From Promethearchaeati archaeon (lineage in GTDB: Archaea > Asgardarchaeota > Heimdallarchaeia > JABLTI01): 16,281 nt of DNA. The notes under the pieces were generated by a model. The model searched no databases. It saw only the letters and a program-made list of their open reading frames with translations, and was not told the origin of the DNA. Position numbers and translations under genes: made by a program. The stretch is from positions 1 through 16,281 of the forward strand of contig JABLTI010000063.1 of the NCBI GenBank assembly GCA_013166835.1. Direction: 5' to 3'. This document shows, one piece after another, positions 14,741 through 16,281 of this stretch (position 1 is its first letter; every line of letters starts with the position of its first letter).

Positions 14741-16281
14741 TTAGCGTTTTTTTGGAAAGGTTATCACGAAAATTGTCCCTAAACCCTCTTCACTTTCAAA
14801 ACCCATAGACCCACCATGTGCTTCCACAATTTTAAGAGCAATTAACAAACCAAATGAAGCGTAACTTTCCTTCGTCCAAGCTTTCCGAACTTCTTTTTGC
14901 CGATCTATAGACATCCCTCTTCCATTATCTTGGATTTCAATTTGTTTTTTATGTGGGAAATCTTTCCCAACAATATGCACTTTAGAAGCATCAGCATGTT
15001 TGATGACATTGATTAACAAATTTTCAAACACTTGTTTCAATTTTACTCTATCCCCCTTTAAAGTAGGCAAATCACGAATGCTTACCTTAAGATTAGGATC
15101 CAAGGATTTTATTTCTGAAACCAGTTCATTCGTTAATTCCGTCAGATTTACTGAAGTGATTTCACCCAATATTTCTCCCTCTTTGGCTAGAAATAAAAGG
15201 TCTTCAAGGAAATTTGTTGTTTCAACTATTTGTTGATCCACTTTGTCTGCGAAATCTGAATTACTCATGGAATTATACATGGAGATAATTTGTAATTTCC
15301 CTCGAATATCATGAGCAATTGTTGTGGCAAATTCCTCTAACTCATCTCTTTGTTTTTTCAGCATTTTTTGATTTTGATTGAGTACTTCCTGTGTTTTCAA
15401 TCGTTTAGTAATGTCTTGAATAACACCAAGGAAGGCAGTTGGTTTCCCATCTGCATCAGTTAAAAGTGTAGCATTCAACTCTCCAATATATTTTGAACCA
15501 TCTTTTCTTAACATTCTATACTGCATGTTTTTCATTCGACCAGTTTTCAAGGTTTTTTCAAGATTTTTAGCAGCTAACTTTTGATCCTCTTGAGCTATTA
15601 AATCAAAGGCACTTTTCCCAATCAATTCTTCTTCTATCTCTCCCCCATACAAATCTAGTGATTCTTGATTAATCATTAGGATTTTTCCGGTTAGATCTGT
15701 GACTAAAATCGAAAGAGGAGATGTTTCAACTAACTTTCTGTATCTTTCTTCACTAAATCGAAGTAATTCTTCTGCATTCTTGCGTTCCAAAATCGTTGCG
15801 AAAAATCGAACGATTGTTTCAAAGAAAATCCATTTTTCACTTGGAATGTATTTAGGAGTTTTAGATGCTAAATGAACTATCCCCAAAAGCTTGTTGTCAG
15901 CACTAACTATTGGCCAAGTAATTATGGATTGAATGTTCAATTCTTTTAATCGATTTTTATAGGGAAGTAGTTCTTTACTCTTGTTTACATCAGCAGAAAT
16001 TATAGCTATCCTGCTGTTTGCTACAAGAACTGAAATATGTTTATCATCTTCTAAGTGTTGATCTTCTACTAGCATATTTTTTTCTTTTGTAGTTCCATAA
16101 AAAGCTGTCAGTTTGAGAATTTTTGTTAAGGGATTATATAATCGAATAGTGCCTATATCAAAACCTAAAGTTGTAACTAAATCCCGTAAAACATCATTAC
16201 ACAAGTTTGTCATTTGCGATTTGCCGATTGCAGATTCAGCTATTAATTGGAATGCTTTTCGTTCTAGATTTATTGTGTTCT
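14741..16281 (-). CDS. GAF-PAS sensor histidine kinase, 5'-truncated by the window edge
   Basis: The frame stays open from 16213 to the right edge (NTINLERKAFQLIAESAIGKSQ then MTNL). GAF (IQSIITWPIVSADNKLLGIVHLAS), PAS/PAC (SEERYRKLVETSP..RKDGS..GVIQDITKR), H-box AHDIRG, N-box QVFENLLINVIKHA, G1 QDNGRGM and the terminal IVEAHGG..GTIFVITFP. Confidence 0.93.
   Translation of the reverse strand, partial: NTINLERKAFQLIAESAIGKSQMTNLCNDVLRDLVTTLGFDIGTIRLYNPLTKILKLTAFYGTTKEKNMLVEDQHLEDDKHISVLVANSRIAIISADVNKSKELLPYKNRLKELNIQSIITWPIVSADNKLLGIVHLASKTPKYIPSEKWIFFETIVRFFATILERKNAEELLRFSEERYRKLVETSPLSILVTDLTGKILMINQESLDLYGGEIEEELIGKSAFDLIAQEDQKLAAKNLEKTLKTGRMKNMQYRMLRKDGSKYIGELNATLLTDADGKPTAFLGVIQDITKRLKTQEVLNQNQKMLKKQRDELEEFATTIAHDIRGKLQIISMYNSMSNSDFADKVDQQIVETTNFLEDLLFLAKEGEILGEITSVNLTELTNELVSEIKSLDPNLKVSIRDLPTLKGDRVKLKQVFENLLINVIKHADASKVHIVGKDFPHKKQIEIQDNGRGMSIDRQKEVRKAWTKESYASFGLLIALKIVEAHGGSMGFESEEGLGTIFVITFPKKR

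Noticed and set aside
13324-15236. Plus-strand ORFs 13324..13512, 13842..14063 and 15000..15236
   Set aside because: Antisense to guaA and the histidine kinase.
1-16281. CRISPR array, tRNA/rRNA, IS element or prophage
   Set aside because: All intergenic gaps are under 180 bp and AT-rich, with no repeat-spacer pattern, cloverleaf, transposase/integrase or phage gene.

Overview
AT-rich, gene-dense 16.3 kb window with 11 credible CDSs, two of them truncated by the window edges. I found no RNA genes, CRISPR array or mobile element. Gene order: partial hypothetical protein (+); carbamate kinase (-); HEAT-repeat protein, DUF362/ferredoxin Fe-S protein, CDF metal transporter, small 2-TM protein, membrane-anchored alkaline-phosphatase-superfamily enzyme and MscL (all +); then a 1832-aa single-pass surface protein, fused GMP synthase GuaA and a partial GAF-PAS histidine kinase (all -). 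The longin-like cytoplasmic domain, dense N-glycosylation sequons, TATA-like boxes and oligo-T terminators suggest an archaeon, probably Asgard (Heimdallarchaeia-like); this assignment is inference. The most notable element is the giant protein. It reads as signal peptide, DOMON/CBM9-like domain, seven Ca-binding FG-GAP/VCBS blades, about nine Ig-like repeats, one TM helix, a longin-like domain and a helical tail, i.e. an integrin-alpha-like ectodomain joined to a trafficking/GTPase-regulator fold. Also notable are a PIG-O/G/N-like enzyme, an MscL whose bundle helix appears to sit at the N-terminus, and a CDF with a His-free transport site.
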